In this document: one piece after another, positions 47,414-57,990 of the stretch
Layout: every line of letters starts with the position of its first letter
Numbering within the stretch: the first letter of the stretch is position 1
Source of the DNA: Candidatus Woesearchaeota archaeon
Lineage (GTDB): Archaea; Nanobdellota; Nanobdellia; Pacearchaeales; GW2011-AR1
Assembly (NCBI GenBank): GCA_964366325.1
Contig: CAYITD010000001.1
Location: forward strand, 41,922 to 105,921
Reading direction: 5' to 3'
Length of the DNA stretch: 64,000 nt
Notes under the pieces: model-generated
The model's input: only the letters and a program-made list of their open reading frames with translations
Told to the model about the DNA's origin: nothing
The model's database searches: none
Program-made: the position numbers and the translations under genes

Positions 47414-47576
47414 TTTTCAATTTTGTTTATGCAGCATAATTTAAATACAATTCATCATATCATCAAAGATGGGGAGAAATAGGCCAAATTCAAGCAGAGA
47501 TAATGAATTCTCTAATTTGGATAAACCTCATAATTATTCAAATTTAAAATAAAATTACAATAACCAAAATAATATA

Positions 47577-49148
47577 ATGAAAGAAGATAACAGTTTAGAA
47601 ATAAGAGAGTCCTTGAAATTAATAGCGAAAACTTCAGTAATAGTTTTTTTAAGTATTGTTTTTTCGAAGATAGTCGGATACATTTATAGAATATTGATTG
47701 CAAGATATTACGGACCAGAGATTTATGGTGTTTTTCTAATTTCTTTAATGGTCGCGGGCTGGTTTGGCGCTTTTTTTTCACTCGGTTTGTTAGAAGGTGT
47801 TGTAAGGTTTATCTCAATATTTCGTGGAAAGAAACAATTCAATAAAATAAAATACCTATACAATTTTTCATCACTAGTTTTGCTAACCACCGGATTATTA
47901 GGCGGAATTGTGATGTTTCTAACTGCGGATACGATTGCTATAAAGCTATTTCATAACCCAGAACTAACAATATTCATTAAACTATTAGGTTTGATTATGC
48001 CTATTTCTCTAATCTCTAACCTATTTCTTTCAATACTCAGAGCTTTTGAGAAAATTTATTGGTATTCTTTTATTTTCAATATAATACAAAATCTAACAAA
48101 AATTTCTTTGTTAGTGATTTTTATTATTTTGAGTGTGAATAGCTCAGCAGTAATACTTTCCCATATTTTAGCGGTAATACCCACATTAATCTTGTCTTAT
48201 ATAATTTGCAAGAAAGGGATAAAATTTTTATTTAAAAATGAATCAAAATTGAGAGAAACAAAGCTAATGAGGAAAGACTTAATTTATTACTCTCTACCTG
48301 TGATGTTCCATACAATTCTTTCTTCATTTTTCTTCTGGATAGACACTTTTTCAATTGGTTTAATCAATGGAGCGCTAGAAGTAGGAATTTATAATGCTGC
48401 AGTACCCATAGCCACATTGTTAGTTTTTGTGCCTGAAATTTTTATGCAACTTTTTTTCCCAATGATAAGTAAAAAATTATCACAAGGTAAAATTAACAAT
48501 GTGGAAGAATTGAGCAAAACAGTCTCAAAATGGATTTTAATATTAAACTTACCTATTTTTTCAATAATGTTCTTCTTTCCAGGAATAATAATAAATACAC
48601 TATTTGGCAGCAATTATTTAGCAGCCGCAGATTCATTAAGAATCCTTTCTATAGGTATGTTTTTCTCTTCTTTTTTCATAGTCTCAAATAACCTTCTATC
48701 AGCAGCAGGAAAATCAAAAACTATATTATTTGATATAGTACTTGCAGGTTTACTTAATCTAGTTTTAAATCAGGTTCTTATTCCAGTTTATGGGATAAAA
48801 GGAGCAGCATACTCAACCACTTTATCTTTAATATTGTTAAACCTGCTTTTCTTCTACCAATCTTACAAATACACTAAAGTTTTTCAATTAAGAAGAAAGA
48901 TGTTAGGGATAGTTTTAGTGGCCTGTATATCTGCTATCTCTCTTATAATTATAAGAAGTTTTCTTTTAGTAAATCTTTATACTTTAATATTTGCAGGCTT
49001 AGTTTATGGTTTAGTTTACATGGCCCTAATATTTTTAACCAGATCTCTGGACAGTCAGGATTTATTTATAATAAAGACATTCTCTTCCTCATTATTTAAA
49101 AAATCAAATAAAATCTACCAGAAGATCTCTTCAAATCATAGAGTTTAG
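47577..49148 (+). CDS. MOP-superfamily polysaccharide flippase (Wzx/MurJ-like)
   Basis: This 523-aa protein has about 14 TM segments and the typical N-terminal region VIVFLSIVFSKIVGYIYRILIARYYGPEIYG. Confidence 0.7.
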   Translation: MKEDNSLEIRESLKLIAKTSVIVFLSIVFSKIVGYIYRILIARYYGPEIYGVFLISLMVAGWFGAFFSLGLLEGVVRFISIFRGKKQFNKIKYLYNFSSLVLLTTGLLGGIVMFLTADTIAIKLFHNPELTIFIKLLGLIMPISLISNLFLSILRAFEKIYWYSFIFNIIQNLTKISLLVIFIILSVNSSAVILSHILAVIPTLILSYIICKKGIKFLFKNESKLRETKLMRKDLIYYSLPVMFHTILSSFFFWIDTFSIGLINGALEVGIYNAAVPIATLLVFVPEIFMQLFFPMISKKLSQGKINNVEELSKTVSKWILILNLPIFSIMFFFPGIIINTLFGSNYLAAADSLRILSIGMFFSSFFIVSNNLLSAAGKSKTILFDIVLAGLLNLVLNQVLIPVYGIKGAAYSTTLSLILLNLLFFYQSYKYTKVFQLRRKMLGIVLVACISAISLIIIRSFLLVNLYTLIFAGLVYGLVYMALIFLTRSLDSQDLFIIKTFSSSLFKKSNKIYQKISSNHRV

Positions 49149-49165
49149 ATGATGCAAAAGACAGC

Positions 49166-49672
49166 TCATTTCTTAATAACTCTCAATCTAACAACTAAAT
49201 CAATAGCCGGAAAAATATAAGCGAGGTTTTTCTCATAAAAAATAGGGTTTATCTTTGCCAAATATTTAACAAAAAACCTTATATGTGGAAATGTCAGTTC
49301 TTGTTTTTCAACTTTAAACATAGTCGAGACATTTGAATTAGTGAATGTTACAGTATTAAATCCACGTTTATGTTGTAAATCTCCCCAAGCATTATTACTG
49401 GAAAAATGAGGAGTTCTTATTAAAACAATAGAATTATTTTTACATATTCTATATATTTCTCTCATAATTTGATATGGATCATTGAGATGCTCAAGTATAT
49501 TTTGCATAATCACTTCGCTAAATTGGTTGTCTTTAAACGGATAAGGCAGTTTATTCAAGTCATAAAATAAATCTACGCCTTTAAATTTTTCAAAATCTAA
49601 ATTTAAATAACCCTTTTTTATATCGTTTCCACAACCAAGGTTCAATTTATCATATTTTTCAATAATTTCCAT
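49166..49672 (-). CDS. class I SAM-dependent methyltransferase
   Basis: It has LNLGCGNDIKKGYLNLD and MQNILEHLNDP. Confidence 0.65.
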   Translation of the reverse strand: MEIIEKYDKLNLGCGNDIKKGYLNLDFEKFKGVDLFYDLNKLPYPFKDNQFSEVIMQNILEHLNDPYQIMREIYRICKNNSIVLIRTPHFSSNNAWGDLQHKRGFNTVTFTNSNVSTMFKVEKQELTFPHIRFFVKYLAKINPIFYEKNLAYIFPAIDLVVRLRVIKK

Positions 49673-49812
49673 TTTTCCAAAATAACTGCTTCATTAATAA
49701 AACTTTCTTTTGCAAGATATGGTTACTTTAACGTCACTTTTATAAGTACAATATCTTAGCATGCATAGAAATTTAAACCAACAGTTATTAAAATTAGAGA
49801 AATTTATTTACT

Positions 49813-51261
49813 ATGAAAAGAGAAATTGTTATTTTAGGAGCCGGACCTGCGGGAATGTCCTGCGCTATGGAGCTTTTTAAATCCGGTAAAAATGTAACTA
49901 TAATTGAAAAAGAGTCACAAGTAGGGGGTTTGGCCACTACATTAAAGTTCAAGGAGGGCAATTTTTTGTTTAGAACAGATCTAGGGCCCCATAGATTTTT
50001 TTCCAAAAATCCCTACTTATACAGTTTTATTGAAGATCTTCTAAACGAAAAATGGATTAAGGTAAAAAGGCAGACGAGACAATATATAGATGGTAAGTTC
50101 TATGATTACCCAATAAAAGCTATACAGGCTTTTAAAAATATTGGATATACAAGATCAATTTCTATGGGGTTTTCATATATAATAGGAGTGACTAAATATA
50201 AAATATTAAAGAAAAGTATCAAGACATTTGAGGATTATATAATTGCTAATTTTGGGAAAAAACTTGGTGAATTTAATATGTTAAATTACACAGAAAAGCT
50301 ATGGGGTCAGCCTTGTAGTACTTTACATCAAGACTGGGCTAAGCAAAGAATAAAAGGTCTTAATTTTATTTCGGCATTAAAAAATGCAGTTTTTTCTAAA
50401 AAAGATCTCAATGAACCAAAAAGTTTAGTGGACATGTTCTATTACCCTCAATATGGGACTGGCTTGATATATGAAGCAATTGCTCAAAAAATAAAAAAAG
50501 ACAGTAAAATTTATCTCAATAGTTATCCTGTTAAAATAAATCTTAGAAAAAATGAAATTCAAAGTGTAGACTGTATCATAGGAGGGAAGAGAAAAACAAT
50601 TTATCCTACGTGGTGTGTTAGCTCCATTCCGATAACTCAATTTTTTAAATTAATCAACCCTGCTCCTCCCAAAGAGGCAATAAAATCAGCGAGTAAACTA
50701 AAATGGAGGTCTCAAGTTTATCTGTTTATTACATTGGATAGGGAATCTGTCACTAAGGATAACTGGATTTATTTTCCAAATAAAGAGATTCCATTTGGAA
50801 GAATTTCAGAAATGAAGAACTTTAGCCAAGATATGAGTCCTAAAAATAAAACTTCAATATTTGTGGAATTTTTTGTGGATGAAGGAGACAAAATTTGGAA
50901 TATGGAGAAAGATGATCTGTTTAATCTAGCTATGCCTTTTTTTGAGAAACTAGAATTCTTCAAAAGAAGTGAAGTTAGAAATTATTACTTGCTGAAAAAG
51001 AAAAATGTTTATCCAGTTTATGATCTTACTTATCAAAAACACCTTGAAGTTGTTAAAAACTACTTAGACAAAATTCATAACCTCTCTTACATTGGCAGAC
51101 CCGGTCGATTTAAGTATAACAATCAAGACCATAGTCTAGAAATGGGCATGTTAGCTGCTAAAAGTATTATTGAAGGAAAAAAATATGATTTAGAAGAAAT
51201 TGGTTCTGAAGAGGAGTATTTTGAAAAGGGATACTTAAAAGATGGTAGTAAAAAAATTTAA
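49813..51261 (+). CDS. FAD-dependent oxidoreductase (amine-oxidase / UDP-galactopyranose-mutase-like fold)
   Basis: It has the dinucleotide motif VILGAGPAGMSCA..E, IIEKESQVGG, YTEKLWG and YYPQYGTG. Confidence 0.65.
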   Translation: MKREIVILGAGPAGMSCAMELFKSGKNVTIIEKESQVGGLATTLKFKEGNFLFRTDLGPHRFFSKNPYLYSFIEDLLNEKWIKVKRQTRQYIDGKFYDYPIKAIQAFKNIGYTRSISMGFSYIIGVTKYKILKKSIKTFEDYIIANFGKKLGEFNMLNYTEKLWGQPCSTLHQDWAKQRIKGLNFISALKNAVFSKKDLNEPKSLVDMFYYPQYGTGLIYEAIAQKIKKDSKIYLNSYPVKINLRKNEIQSVDCIIGGKRKTIYPTWCVSSIPITQFFKLINPAPPKEAIKSASKLKWRSQVYLFITLDRESVTKDNWIYFPNKEIPFGRISEMKNFSQDMSPKNKTSIFVEFFVDEGDKIWNMEKDDLFNLAMPFFEKLEFFKRSEVRNYYLLKKKNVYPVYDLTYQKHLEVVKNYLDKIHNLSYIGRPGRFKYNNQDHSLEMGMLAAKSIIEGKKYDLEEIGSEEEYFEKGYLKDGSKKI

Positions 51262-51661
51262 ATCTATTTTGTATATCTTTTTATCTAGAAATTTTTTCTT
51301 ATATTTGATCTTTGCAGGTGTCGCAACTCTTTTTGATTGGAGTACTTTTTATGCTAGTGTTTACGCACTTGGATATCATTATCTTCTAGGAACCATTTTT
51401 GGATTTTTAATAGGGAGTGCAATAAACTTTTCATTAAATAAATATCTTAATTTTAAGAATAAATATCAAATCATAAAAAACCAATTTGCTTTATTTTTAG
51501 TTGTTGCAGCAGTCGGATTAACTCTTTCTCTTTTAATTATGTTGTTCTTTGTAGGTTTTATTCATATTAACAAAATGGTTTCTAGAATAATCACGACTGG
51601 AATTGTTTTAATGTACAACTTTTTAGGACATAAATATTTAACTTTTAAAATTTTAAAATAA
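51242..51661 (+). CDS. GtrA-family membrane protein
   Basis: This 139-aa protein has 4 TM segments, with AGVATLFDWSTFY, NFSLNKYLNFKN and GHKYLTFK. It overlaps the FAD gene by 20 nt. Confidence 0.75.
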   Translation: MVVKKFKSILYIFLSRNFFLYLIFAGVATLFDWSTFYASVYALGYHYLLGTIFGFLIGSAINFSLNKYLNFKNKYQIIKNQFALFLVVAAVGLTLSLLIMLFFVGFIHINKMVSRIITTGIVLMYNFLGHKYLTFKILK

Positions 51662-51759
51662 TTTTTTTGATATACAAAGCAGGATAATGGGGGTCCAATC
51701 TAAGAATTAAATTATTCGGACGGCATCTTTATAAGCTAATATCTATTAGAAGATGATAG

Positions 51760-53436
51760 ATGGTTTTGCAAATTGCTCATTCTTTTAATGAAATCAAACA
51801 ACGTTTTAACAAGATTAATCCTTTTCTTGTGGCAGTTATTTTTTTTATTCTTATTTTTTTTATTCTTATTCTTTTTAATAGAGATATGCCGAGTGGCGAT
51901 GCGTCTGAATATTGCAATAATGCCTATCGCTTTTTTAAAGGAGACCTGCCATATAAGGATTTCTGGCTTATGTTTCCTCCAGGAGAACTATATTTTCCTG
52001 CGCTAATTTTCTTTTTTTTTGGTTTTAAGTATCAGGCATTGTTCATGTTTCTTATGTTCTCGAGTGCATTAATTGGTTTTCTTTCTTTCTTTCTTGCACG
52101 CAGATTTACTAGAGACAATTTTTGGGCGATGATTATCGCGATAATTGTTCAATTCTCAGGGGTTCCGCAATTTTATGGGCCAAATGATGGAGCTCATATT
52201 TATTTATTATTTTTGTTAGTTGCTGCCTTATTTTTTTTTAAAGACAAATATGAAATGCGTCCATTGCTTATGTTTTTTGCTGGAGCATTCATTGGGCTGG
52301 CTTCTCTTTGCCGTTTTTTCGAGACCGGTGCTTTTGGGTTATCTCTTCTTTGCACAACTTTCTGGAGAGCCTATATAACCAAGGCAGATTTTAAAAGAGT
52401 TATCCAAGGGCTTTTTTATCTCTTTGCTGGTGTATTCTTTTTATTATTTTTTGCTTATCTACCTCTTAGAAGTGTGTTCAATTCGGCTTTCGAAGAAATA
52501 ATTATTCATTCTATTAGGCATGGAACTTCTGGAGTATTCAATCTTCCTTATTTTTATACAACTAGCGTTTTTCTAGAAACTTTAGTTGATATTTTTTACG
52601 CTCCGAATATATTTGATTTATCTTGGATAACTAGTTTAGCAGGAATCACCTGGAGGCTTCTTTTTAATGTTATCTATCAATTACTTATTCCCTTAGCAAT
52701 TATTGCACTAATTGTTTTATTTATTAAATTTAAAGTTTTATCTGAATTTGAGTTTGCACTTCTTTTTTTTGTTCTTTGGGGCATATTCAGTTTTCCAAAA
52801 GGGTATGCTATTCCAGACAGAGCACACTTGTCTGTTGCAGTAACTCCTTTACTTTTTGGATTTGTTTTATTTGTAAAAAGGTATTGCAATTTTAAAACAG
52901 ATAGGGCTAAAGTTTTGCAAAATATTGTCTGTTTTTTAGCTTATCTATCAGTAATATTGTTATTAATCTCCACACCATTATTCATTGGTGTTTCTCTCAT
53001 TAATGGTTTTTCATCGAATCAATATGAAATAAATGCTCCAGAAGAAAAAATTTTTATAAATAATAAAGAGCGAGCGGCAGAATCCAATTTGTTAATAAAA
53101 TTTGTAGAGGACAATTCTGAAAAAGGAGATTACATTTTTGTTTCACCGTTTGACACTCCTCCTTTATACATGTTTACTCAAAGAAAAAACCCAACGTATT
53201 ACGATTCAACTATCGATCTTTTAACAAATGATTCGAGTTCGGAGGAGAAGCAAAAAAATATTTGCGATGATATATCTTCAAAGAAAACAAAATTGATTAT
53301 TCATTCTGATTGCCTGTTAGAAATGTGGGGTAAATGCAAATCTAATTTGCCAATCCTAGAAAGATGCATAAACGAATCATATTCTCTAAACAGATCTTAT
53401 GGAAAATATAAGTTATATTTGCCTAGAAAGGGTTGA
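51760..53436 (+). CDS. polytopic membrane protein, probable GT-C-like glycosyltransferase
   Basis: This 558-aa protein has many TM segments. Its first loop is DASEYCNNAYRFFKGDLPYKDFW..FPPGE. The TATA-like box CTTTATAAGC lies 28 nt upstream. Confidence 0.4.
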   Translation: MVLQIAHSFNEIKQRFNKINPFLVAVIFFILIFFILILFNRDMPSGDASEYCNNAYRFFKGDLPYKDFWLMFPPGELYFPALIFFFFGFKYQALFMFLMFSSALIGFLSFFLARRFTRDNFWAMIIAIIVQFSGVPQFYGPNDGAHIYLLFLLVAALFFFKDKYEMRPLLMFFAGAFIGLASLCRFFETGAFGLSLLCTTFWRAYITKADFKRVIQGLFYLFAGVFFLLFFAYLPLRSVFNSAFEEIIIHSIRHGTSGVFNLPYFYTTSVFLETLVDIFYAPNIFDLSWITSLAGITWRLLFNVIYQLLIPLAIIALIVLFIKFKVLSEFEFALLFFVLWGIFSFPKGYAIPDRAHLSVAVTPLLFGFVLFVKRYCNFKTDRAKVLQNIVCFLAYLSVILLLISTPLFIGVSLINGFSSNQYEINAPEEKIFINNKERAAESNLLIKFVEDNSEKGDYIFVSPFDTPPLYMFTQRKNPTYYDSTIDLLTNDSSSEEKQKNICDDISSKKTKLIIHSDCLLEMWGKCKSNLPILERCINESYSLNRSYGKYKLYLPRKG

Positions 53437-53741
53437 TGTTTTTTAAGATGATCAATCAAAGATTTGTAGAGGTAATGTTGGTAAATATATTGTTCACATG
53501 CACTTATTCCAGCTTCAATACACATTATCTTGGAAAAATAGTCACCTCATACTAGGCCGCCAAAGAAAGCAGAAAAGAAGAACTCAGCATTATCTCTATT
53601 TTTGCAAACTCTTTGAATATCTTTAAGAAATTTATAATTCTGATATAAGTGTAAATATATCAGAGGAATAGGGCCATTAATTTATTACAGTTTTTGCCCA
53701 AACGATAATAAAGATTAAATATGGACAGGTGATAAATTTTT

Positions 53742-56453
53742 ATGTATAATTTAAAGAAATTTAAATTTCAAGTTGCTGGAATAATAATAGTTACAGCTCT
53801 TTTTTTCTACATAGAGTTATTGCACCCGTATAATTTTTTGAAAGATGATAATTTCACGCAATTTTTACCAGTTATTCTAGATGGAATGAAACAGCTTTTC
53901 AATGGTGGTTTTCCTTTTCTTGATTTACATCAATATACAGGTACAAAAATTTTTGAATCTGGCATATATGCAGTTTTATACCCTATTACAATCATCTCTT
54001 ATATAATTTCCCACTTTATTTTTAAAAATGACTTCTTTCTTCTTGAAATCTTTGTTTTAATACACATCATACTAGGTTTTCTAGCAACATATTACTTTTT
54101 AGCAAACAAGATAAAAAAATTAGTATCTCTGTGCGCAAGCATTGCGTTCGTCTTTTCCGGATATGTGCTAATTGCGACAAGTTTTTGGTATTATGTCATT
54201 CCAACCATAGTTTTTCTGCCTTTAATGCTAATCTTTCAAGATAAAATAAGCAGTAGTAAGCAGGATTATTTTAAAATATTTCTTTTTGGTATAACGAGAG
54301 GTGTTTATTTTTATTCTGGAAATGTGCAATATTTCTTATTTTCATGTATGTTTGAAGCACTTTATTTCATTTTAATTTCTTATCAAAATGATTGGAAGAA
54401 TTTTTCAAAAAATTTCGAGAAATATATCCTATCGCTATTTATAACTTTAATAATAATCTTTCCTTTATTCCTCTCTCAGCTTGCAGCGGTTAAGTTGTCA
54501 CATAGAGACAGCCCAGGCAATATTAATTATATTTTAAGTGCCTCATCTGCGCCACGCGAAATAATACTTGGTTCTTTGTTTGTATATCCAATTGTAAAAG
54601 GCGCCAATGCTTTTGCGTATGCACCTTCATCTTACATACATCTTTATTATTCAGGCACCCTTTTTTCATTGTTATTCTTTTTAGGCGGATTTTATTATCT
54701 AAAAAAATATAAATCAAAATCTCTTAGAAATATATCTCCTCTTTTCTGGTTGGGATCTTTATCGATCATACTAAGCTTGGGATACGTCGGAGGCATATAC
54801 CTCATAGGAGTTTTAATACCTATAATAAAAAACTTTTCAGGCCCATTTAAGTTTACTTTGTTCACAAATTTCTTTACAATCACATTTGGTGCTTTAATTT
54901 TGTCAAATATAAAAAATATAAACTATAAAAAGACAATACATCTAATTATATTGCTCTTCAGTCTTTTGATTTTGTATCATATTTATATTTGTAGTGTAAC
55001 TTCTGCATCTTATTATGGCGATAATTTTCCATTAAATTCAACTAAATATGATAAATTGAAATTAGAAGGATATAGAAGCATAAGCGTTTTTACTAACAGC
55101 ACTAATAATCCTCAATTAGTAAAATTCTCTACAAATAAGAAAAATTTTGCAGAGTCTTCGTATGTCGCTCATAATTTTGCTTCGTATTATAATGTAGACC
55201 ATATTTCAGGATATGAAACATTTAATGATTATCTGACTAATGAAAAAATATCTATTGGAAGATTTGGCCTAACAAATGTAAAGCTTAATCTTACTACATT
55301 AAAAGAATATGGCGTAAAATATATATTCATTCCTAAAGATAGTCTGATTTACCATACAGAACTAAATAACTTGTCAATAAAATATGAAGAGGATGATCTG
55401 TTAATACTAGAAATGCCAGATCCTAAAGGTTACGTATTCTATGGCTCTGGAAACATAGGTTACAAAAATAAAAATAATCGTATTTATTTTTCTACGAATT
55501 TTACAGAAAACCAAAATGTCACTTTAAATTTTCTTTTCAAGGAAGGATATCATGTTAAAATAAGTGGAGTTAAAAAAGAAATTTACCAAGACACTTTTGG
55601 AAGAATGTATCTTCAAGTCCCTGCTGGGAAACATGAAATTGTGCTATATTATTATTCTAAACCTTTAATCTTTGGAATTATTTTAGCAATTGCATTTACA
55701 TTATTAGTATTATTTTTTATTAGATACAAAGAAAAAGCTTACCAAATAATTAATAAGACAATATTAAGTAAAAATAAATATTTTGATAAATTTTATAATT
55801 TTAAATATATTAAAGCGATTTTGTTAATTTTATTAGTAATCATAATTTTATTTTCTTTTACAATTATATTTAAATCTTTCACTTCCACTGATCAGATGGA
55901 AAAAATATTTTATAGCAGAATTGGACTAAAAGTAAGTATTGACAAATCTCATTTGCGTTTAACTAATGGAAAAATTGAATTGGAAAAAGTAGCGCTCTAT
56001 AATGAGGCAAACGAAATATTTTATTCTGAAATCATAAATTTTGATGTTGATTATATACAAAGTATAAAGGAATCAATTTCTAATAAAATGCCAATAATTG
56101 AATTTAGCGATATAAAATTTACCAATCTACATTTTAATACAGGCGAAAAAAATAACACCAAAGTTTGTTTAACACAATTAATCGTCAAAACTGATAAATC
56201 ATACCTCAATAAGTCTTTTTACTCTGATGAAATAACTTTGTCAAATGCTTCACTCAAGGTCCCTAATAAAGCCAAATTTGATATCGGAAGGGGAGAAGTT
56301 TTAGTTGAAAATAAAAGTTTAAAGCTAAGTGGTGAAATTCTCATTGAAAAATACATACATGGAAATGTTACACTGGGAGAAAATTCTAACTATGTAGAAA
56401 ATAGATGCATAAGTCTTCCAATTGAAAAGAATAATTTGTTTTATAGCTCTTAA
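53742..56453 (+). CDS. large polytopic membrane protein, YfhO-like GT-C glycosyltransferase (tentative)
   Basis: This 903-aa protein has an N-terminal LKDDNFTQFLPV..L..GGFPFLD..QYTG motif resembling the YfhO family. About 14 TM segments, a soluble domain, one more TM segment and a C-terminal domain follow. Confidence 0.45.
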   Translation: MYNLKKFKFQVAGIIIVTALFFYIELLHPYNFLKDDNFTQFLPVILDGMKQLFNGGFPFLDLHQYTGTKIFESGIYAVLYPITIISYIISHFIFKNDFFLLEIFVLIHIILGFLATYYFLANKIKKLVSLCASIAFVFSGYVLIATSFWYYVIPTIVFLPLMLIFQDKISSSKQDYFKIFLFGITRGVYFYSGNVQYFLFSCMFEALYFILISYQNDWKNFSKNFEKYILSLFITLIIIFPLFLSQLAAVKLSHRDSPGNINYILSASSAPREIILGSLFVYPIVKGANAFAYAPSSYIHLYYSGTLFSLLFFLGGFYYLKKYKSKSLRNISPLFWLGSLSIILSLGYVGGIYLIGVLIPIIKNFSGPFKFTLFTNFFTITFGALILSNIKNINYKKTIHLIILLFSLLILYHIYICSVTSASYYGDNFPLNSTKYDKLKLEGYRSISVFTNSTNNPQLVKFSTNKKNFAESSYVAHNFASYYNVDHISGYETFNDYLTNEKISIGRFGLTNVKLNLTTLKEYGVKYIFIPKDSLIYHTELNNLSIKYEEDDLLILEMPDPKGYVFYGSGNIGYKNKNNRIYFSTNFTENQNVTLNFLFKEGYHVKISGVKKEIYQDTFGRMYLQVPAGKHEIVLYYYSKPLIFGIILAIAFTLLVLFFIRYKEKAYQIINKTILSKNKYFDKFYNFKYIKAILLILLVIIILFSFTIIFKSFTSTDQMEKIFYSRIGLKVSIDKSHLRLTNGKIELEKVALYNEANEIFYSEIINFDVDYIQSIKESISNKMPIIEFSDIKFTNLHFNTGEKNNTKVCLTQLIVKTDKSYLNKSFYSDEITLSNASLKVPNKAKFDIGRGEVLVENKSLKLSGEILIEKYIHGNVTLGENSNYVENRCISLPIEKNNLFYSS

Positions 56454-56635
56454 AGATTCGGATTAAATGTTTTTAAATGAATTAAGTAAAATTCTAATTT
56501 TTCACTAATTTTAAATTTTTATTTTGAGATTCAAACAGTGCTACAATTGCCCAGAGTTTCTTAGACAATCTCTTCATTAATAATGTTCTAATTTTCCAAT
56601 TATCAGTATATTTTTATTAGTTATAAAAATCTAGG

Positions 56636-57271
56636 TTATGGTTTTTCTAATTTTATTACTCCAGATTCTTCCCAAATTTGGGCATTATTTTGTGAAGTCA
56701 TAACTGCATCCAGCTTAAAGTTTAATTCTTTAATTTTTTTTATGTATTCTGGGATCTCTTGTGGCCTCCCCCATCTTTCAGGGCATACAAGACAGGACTT
56801 GAATGGCCTAATTTTCTCTATAACTGAATAGTTTAACGGAAGTAATGTATTGGTGTCTATCCATATCCATTCAACAAGAGTCTTGCCTTTTACAATTTGT
56901 GCTTCAGCCATTTCTATCGGTTCTGCTTCGCTATATCGGATAGCAATTTTGTTAAAATTCTCTCTTCTTGTAGAGCTGTAAATAAAAGGAAATTCAGCAT
57001 CCAGGATAAAGTAGTTATTTATGTTATATTTTTTAGCCAAAAGGATTATATCTTTTTCATAGCCGGCTTCTTTAACATTAAAGATTATAAAGGCATGCTT
57101 AAAGTTTTTTAAATATTCTTCTAATTCCTCATATTTCAAACCATCTCTCACTACATCATGGCTTAGAAGAATTTTACTTCCAAATCCTCTCACGTCCACT
57201 TCTACACCATATTTTTCAGGTATCCTTCTTAACTTTTCTATTTCATTTACTCTATGAATTATTACAGGCAT
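56636..57271 (-). CDS. PLC-like/GDPD-superfamily phosphodiesterase-like TIM-barrel protein
   Basis: VIIHRVNE...GVEVDVR...ILLSHD matches the HR / E.D / HD catalytic pattern of glycerophosphodiester phosphodiesterases. It is the last gene of the operon. Confidence 0.4.
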   Translation of the reverse strand: MPVIIHRVNEIEKLRRIPEKYGVEVDVRGFGSKILLSHDVVRDGLKYEELEEYLKNFKHAFIIFNVKEAGYEKDIILLAKKYNINNYFILDAEFPFIYSSTRRENFNKIAIRYSEAEPIEMAEAQIVKGKTLVEWIWIDTNTLLPLNYSVIEKIRPFKSCLVCPERWGRPQEIPEYIKKIKELNFKLDAVMTSQNNAQIWEESGVIKLEKP

Positions 57272-57990
57272 TATAGGTTTAACCTCTTTTTTAAATCAAA
57301 AGTGAATTTAATTGTTCTTTTTATGAACTTTATTTTAGATGCTAAGTTGTTATTCCATGCGCTATGGCCATAAATTCTTTTCTTAAAAAGAACAGGGAAC
57401 CTCAGGATTTTATATCCTTCTTTTTTTGCGGTATAGTATATATACAGATCAAATGAAAAATCTGATGGCGGGTCTTTAATTAATCCAATAAATGAATTAT
57501 GGAATAAATTTGGCTGGGCGTTAATATCATAAAGAGGTTTTCCAAGAATTAGAGTTTCAAAGACTGACATTCCAAATGTAAAAAAACTATCTGAAAGTGG
57601 TCTTCCATATCTCTTGCCCTTGACAAAAACTTTTTCATCACTATTTTTTTGAATTATGTTTAAGGCTCTAATTGTATCTTTCGGATCAGTTTGCAAATCT
57701 GCATGCGTCCAGCAGATAAATTTCCCCCTTGCAAATTTTAGCCCGCTGTATAATGATAAACCATAACCTCTTTCATTAATTAAAAGCGCTTTAACAAAAG
57801 TATATTTTCTTGAGAATTTTTTTATTACTTCTCTAGTTTTGTCAGTACTTCCAGTATCTTCGACAAATATAACTTCAATGTTTTTAACTTTTGTCAATTT
57901 TAGATACTCTGCAACAACTAGAGGAATATTCTGCTCTTCATTAAATACCGGTAAAACTATGGAAAGTTCAGGTTTCAATTTCTTAAGCAT
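57271..57990 (-). CDS. polyprenyl-phosphate glycosyltransferase, GT2 (GtrB/Dpm1/ArnC-like)
   Basis: It has LSIVLPVFNEEQNIP, VEDTGSTDKT and WTHADLQ. Confidence 0.75.
   Translation of the reverse strand: MLKKLKPELSIVLPVFNEEQNIPLVVAEYLKLTKVKNIEVIFVEDTGSTDKTREVIKKFSRKYTFVKALLINERGYGLSLYSGLKFARGKFICWTHADLQTDPKDTIRALNIIQKNSDEKVFVKGKRYGRPLSDSFFTFGMSVFETLILGKPLYDINAQPNLFHNSFIGLIKDPPSDFSFDLYIYYTAKKEGYKILRFPVLFKKRIYGHSAWNNNLASKIKFIKRTIKFTFDLKKRLNL

Noticed and set aside
53437-53741. A minus-strand reading frame, ...NRDNAEFFFSAFFGGLV*GDYFSKIMCIEAGISACEQYIYQ..., is interrupted by one in-frame TGA. It is faintly reminiscent of the RGDY motif region of GT11-type fucosyltransferases. I considered it as a pseudogene or as evidence of TGA recoding.
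   Set aside because: It has no start codon, and the frame runs into the convergent 558-aa gene. The similarity is too weak to support without a search. TGA clearly functions as a stop elsewhere, for example at the rmlB end and at several ATGA operon junctions, so recoding is unsupported.
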